Source of the DNA: a virus
Taxonomy: Duplodnaviria > Heunggongvirae > Uroviricota > Caudoviricetes
Length of the DNA: 10,580 bases
IMG/VR virus record: IMGVR_UViG_2602041863_000006
Direction: 5' to 3' (one strand)
Part shown: positions 8,009-10,580 of the stretch, in pieces
Layout of the letters: the number at the start of each line of letters is the position of its first letter
Numbering within the stretch: the first letter of the stretch is position 1
Translations under genes and position numbers: made by a program
The notes under the pieces: model-generated
Told to the model about the DNA's origin: nothing
The model's database searches: none
The model's input: only the letters and a program-made list of their open reading frames with translations

Positions 8009-8320
8009 TTATTCAGGAAATAACGCCCGGATATTTCCGGCCATCTGACTGGTTATCTGTGCGGTTGGTACTGGCTGTGACTCGGGGCGTTCTGTCCTGG
8101 TTTGTGTCACTGATAACGTCTCATCGTCAGCCCATGCAGCCAGTCGGTAAGCCTCTGCCGGATTCATTTTCAGAAGTGCCAGCCCGGCCAGAAAAGCCAC
8201 GCGTTGGCCGCTTTTGCGGGCTTCTGGTGTAAGGCTGTCCAGCCATGTGCATGCTTCGCCTTCGTTCTTGACGGCGGCGGGCTTCAGATAGAAACTTATC
8301 CGTCTGGTTGGTGTCGTCAT
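8009..8320 (-). CDS. parR: ParR-like small centromere-binding protein (103 aa)
   Basis: ATG at 8320..8318 preceded by AAGGAG; starts 4 nt after the parM stop, as in plasmid R1 parM-parR. Weak similarity to R1 ParR in the N-terminal part (RRISFYLKP...GLALL). The ORF-track start at 8455 overlaps parM and is rejected. Confidence 0.6.
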   Translation of the reverse strand: MTTPTRRISFYLKPAAVKNEGEACTWLDSLTPEARKSGQRVAFLAGLALLKMNPAEAYRLAAWADDETLSVTQTRTERPESQPVPTAQITSQMAGNIRALFPE

Positions 8321-8324
8321 TGGT

Positions 8325-9284
8325 TTACTCCTTGTCCATTGCGTACAGCCCATTAACCAGAGCAAACTGTGGCACTCCGTCCGCGATGAAAGTCGCATTA
8401 ACTCCGCAGGCTTCGCGGATAGCGGGTGCCACAATCTCCGCCCCTCCACCGACAACCATCACCCGCCCGTAACCCGAAAAAACCGCCAGCGCGCGGATCA
8501 CGCGTTGTTTCAGTGTTTCTTCCTTTTCACGAATAACCGCCATCAGGCTGTTGTAATGCGCGTCATTGTGGATGTGCCGGCGCAGCCAGGCTTCATCATG
8601 GCGATGTTCGATAATGGTATTGGCGATGTGGTGACTGGTACGCATACCGTTAGTGGCCATCACCGACAGTACGGCATCGGCCATCAGGGAAACGCCTACG
8701 TGTGGATCGCAAAACACCTGGCTGATACCTGCCAGTTGTCCCTGAACCTTTGCCACATCCAGCGTGGTTCCTCCTAAATCCACAATCAGCAGGGATTCAA
8801 ACGGACTCATGTCAGCCAGTGCTTTAAAGCCAGCCGGAATGGATTCAGGCATAACCCGCACGTTACGGATAGTGAATGCCTCACCGTTCTGGTACTCCAC
8901 CGGGCGCATAACGTTCGCTTTTTTGCGGTTGATGTTGGCCATGTCCGGCTGTGCGTTTGTGTCGAAATATTCGCTCAGTGGCAGGGTGACAACCACATCC
9001 ACCTCCTGTGGTGTGATGCCTGATTTGACCAGCGCGTGGTGAATGGCGATTACATTCACATCGCTGTACTGGTATTGCGTGTCGGTTGTCTGGACAAAGC
9101 GATCGCTGACCGGATCAAAACCATAGCGCACGCCATCAAGCATGTAGTTCGCAGGCTGCGAGCCGCCGAACGGCGCAGACCATTCCGACTTGAAGCTGTT
9201 CGGGCTGATGGCGTTGCGGCGTTCGCCGTTCTCAGTCCATGCCAGCTTGATGTTGGTGGAGCCGTCGTCGATACAAATTTTCAT
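8325..9284 (-). CDS. parM: ParM/StbA-like actin-type plasmid segregation ATPase (319 aa)
   Basis: N-terminus MKICIDDGSTNIKLAW...ISPNSFKSEW...YQYSDVNVIAIHHAL closely resembles plasmid R1 ParM (from recall). Size matches R1 ParM (~320 aa). AGGAAA Shine-Dalgarno 6 nt upstream of the ATG. Confidence 0.85.
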   Translation of the reverse strand: MKICIDDGSTNIKLAWTENGERRNAISPNSFKSEWSAPFGGSQPANYMLDGVRYGFDPVSDRFVQTTDTQYQYSDVNVIAIHHALVKSGITPQEVDVVVTLPLSEYFDTNAQPDMANINRKKANVMRPVEYQNGEAFTIRNVRVMPESIPAGFKALADMSPFESLLIVDLGGTTLDVAKVQGQLAGISQVFCDPHVGVSLMADAVLSVMATNGMRTSHHIANTIIEHRHDEAWLRRHIHNDAHYNSLMAVIREKEETLKQRVIRALAVFSGYGRVMVVGGGAEIVAPAIREACGVNATFIADGVPQFALVNGLYAMDKE

Positions 9285-9310
9285 GTCGATTTTCCTTATG
9301 TTGATTAATT

Positions 9311-9430
9311 AATCGTTTACGGGATTTTTAAATCCCGTTTTTGCCTGTTTTATGCTTGCTTCATATATCGCGGCGCGTTTTTTGCTCATTTACGGGTTTT
9401 GTGAATCCCGTTTCTGTCTGTTTTTTGTTT
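9311..9430. repeat. parC-like centromere and promoter region: two ~36-bp direct repeats 73 bp apart, each containing an ACGGG...CCCGT inverted repeat
   Basis: Repeat 1 TTTACGGGATTTTTAAATCCCGTTTTTGCCTGTTTT (around 9316-9351); repeat 2 TTTACGGGTTTTGTGAATCCCGTTTCTGTCTGTTTT (around 9388-9424). The perfect palindrome ACGGGATTT-tt-AAATCCCGT at 9319-9338 overlaps a plausible minus-strand promoter for parM (-35 TTTAAA, -10 TAATTA). Repeat 2 lies inside the 3' end of the upstream ORF. Confidence 0.5.
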
Positions 9431-10580
9431 CCACTGGTCAGGCCACCCCGCAGCAGGTCTGCTTTGCGGCGGGCGCGTTCAGTGGTTTCACTGATTCTCT
9501 GTGCGTGCTCTGCGTCGCGGATGGCGCGCAGCATGTCAGAAAGCACTGTAACGGGTGTTTTCATGGTGTTCTGGTCCTGCTGAAGTGTGGATGCCAGGCG
9601 TGCGGCGGCTTCGGGGTCTGATGTCCCGAGCTGTGCCAGATAGCTGGCGACCGGGTTATGGCGGATCTCCGTGCTGCTTACGCCGTGATTACGGCTCAAG
9701 TGCTGCCAGAGCTGCGTGATTCGGCTGTCCGGGCGGGTATCCGGTTTGCGTACAATTTCAAATCCCTGCGGTGCAATGATGCTGCCGTCGACGTACAGAC
9801 TGCCGCCCCGTAACAGGTGCTGCATCTGCTGTTCACCGATATGCAGGCCAAGGGATTCAGCAGACTCCCGCCATTCTTTAGCGAGTAACTCGTGGTTATC
9901 AGGCAAAGGCCGCGGCTGTTTGCGGCTCTGCGTCCAGTTCTGCATTTCATCACTGCTGTTTTTGGCCTGTTTGTCACGCAGCGAACGCATCAGCGCCCGG
10001 CGTTCGTGCCGTTTCAGTGAGCGCATCCATTCGTTCACTTCAACGCCGTCAGGGAGCTGCGGCCACGGTGTTGTCCGTTCTTCCGGCTGTTCTGTCCCGT
10101 TGTTGTCTGTTTCCTGTACACGGGGACAGTTATTGCCACGAGTCCAAGGGGCGGCAGGGCCGCCCTGAAGGTCAAAACCATTTTCGCGGGCGCTGTCTTC
10201 CGCTTCCTGTTTTCGTCTTACCAGCTTCCAGTTATCCGGATTCGTGCACACACGGGAGGATTCCCCGATGAGTGGCGACCAGATCCCGTAAATCTGTACG
10301 CCCTGTTCGCCGTAATCGTTCAGCTCATCTGCGAGGTCGTAGGCGGTGCGAATCAGGTAGTCTTTGCGTGGAACAAGTACGCCGCCCTGTTTCTCTATGT
10401 AGGTGGCAAAACATCCGGCATCAGCGGCAGCAAGAACCGCATCCATTGCGTCATCCTTCAGCCGTTGCGGGCCTTCGGGGTTGCGTGCCATCTGGCTGGC
10501 AAGGCGACGCAGTTCACGCCACACCTGACGGGAGGGGATACCAAAGAACTGGAACTGGCGGACCCGGTGAAGGCGCGCCC
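9361..10580 (-). CDS. Hypothetical protein, C-terminal ~406 codons (the 5' end is beyond the right window edge)
   Basis: The minus-strand frame is open from 10580 to the stop at 9361-9363; the ORF-track start at 10524 is an internal GTG. Contains a hydrophilic low-complexity linker (QEAEDSARENGFDLQGGPAAPWTRGNNCPRVQETDNNGTEQPEERTTPW). No motif I can name; function not assigned. Confidence 0.5.
   Translation of the reverse strand, partial: ARLHRVRQFQFFGIPSRQVWRELRRLASQMARNPEGPQRLKDDAMDAVLAAADAGCFATYIEKQGGVLVPRKDYLIRTAYDLADELNDYGEQGVQIYGIWSPLIGESSRVCTNPDNWKLVRRKQEAEDSARENGFDLQGGPAAPWTRGNNCPRVQETDNNGTEQPEERTTPWPQLPDGVEVNEWMRSLKRHERRALMRSLRDKQAKNSSDEMQNWTQSRKQPRPLPDNHELLAKEWRESAESLGLHIGEQQMQHLLRGGSLYVDGSIIAPQGFEIVRKPDTRPDSRITQLWQHLSRNHGVSSTEIRHNPVASYLAQLGTSDPEAAARLASTLQQDQNTMKTPVTVLSDMLRAIRDAEHAQRISETTERARRKADLLRGGLTSGNKKQTETGFTKPVNEQKTRRDI

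Larger units (their letters stand above)
1..10580. mobile_element. P2-family prophage or prophage-remnant segment, continuing beyond both window edges
   Basis: Gene order O(-) / P(+) Q(+) / non-coding / cargo matches the P2 layout of divergent O and P-Q late operons with cos and a variable old/tin region beyond Q. Identification is by recalled protein similarity only. Confidence 0.55.

Noticed and set aside
7688-8232. Plus-strand ORFs 7688..7900 and 7804..8232
   Set aside because: They begin at non-ATG codons without a Shine-Dalgarno, overlap parR on the opposite strand, and give low-complexity translations.
8009-8455. Longer 148-aa version of the ParR-like ORF starting at 8455
   Set aside because: That start would overlap the 3' end of parM by about 130 bp and has no ribosome-binding site; the internal ATG at 8320 has a strong AAGGAG and abuts the parM stop.
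9311-9430. CRISPR array
   Set aside because: Only two repeat copies at 73-bp spacing with internal palindromes, adjacent to parM. This fits a parC-type centromere or operator, not a CRISPR repeat-spacer array. No cas genes are present.
8505-9621. Plus-strand ORFs antisense to parM and to the large upstream ORF (8505..8777, 8764..9042, 9036..9308, 9341..9583, 9352..9621)
   Set aside because: All are antisense to better-supported minus-strand genes and give Cys/Arg-rich translations with no motifs.
9361-10580. Assignment of the right-edge ORF as the P2 replication gene A
   Set aside because: Position is suggestive, but the visible ~400 residues contain no YxxxY tyrosine pair where the P2 A active site would be expected, so I leave it unassigned.

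Overview
Read by eye from the sequence and ORF track; no searches or alignments were run, so all homology calls are from recall. The window looks like part of a P2-family prophage or prophage remnant from an enterobacterium. Left to right: the start of a tail-fibre-like gene (-), a shortened capsid-scaffold gpO-like gene (-), a divergent intergenic region, then terminase ATPase gpP-like (+) and portal gpQ-like (+), with the stop of P overlapping the start of Q. After the portal comes a ~500 bp non-coding stretch where a P2-type cos would be expected. Next is an AT-rich cargo island (about 4300-7950) carrying a translationally coupled minus-strand operon: an AAA+ ATPase with a C-terminal helix-turn-helix, followed by a 734-aa subtilisin-like (S8) serine peptidase. 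This pair sits where P2 carries old/tin, a known anti-phage hotspot, and resembles the ATPase+subtilase 'IetAS' defence family; it is the most interesting element here. Beyond it lies a plasmid-type ParM/ParR partition cassette with parC-like repeats (-), then the C-terminal ~400 codons of a large unidentified ORF (-) running off the right edge. No rRNA, tRNA or CRISPR array was seen.
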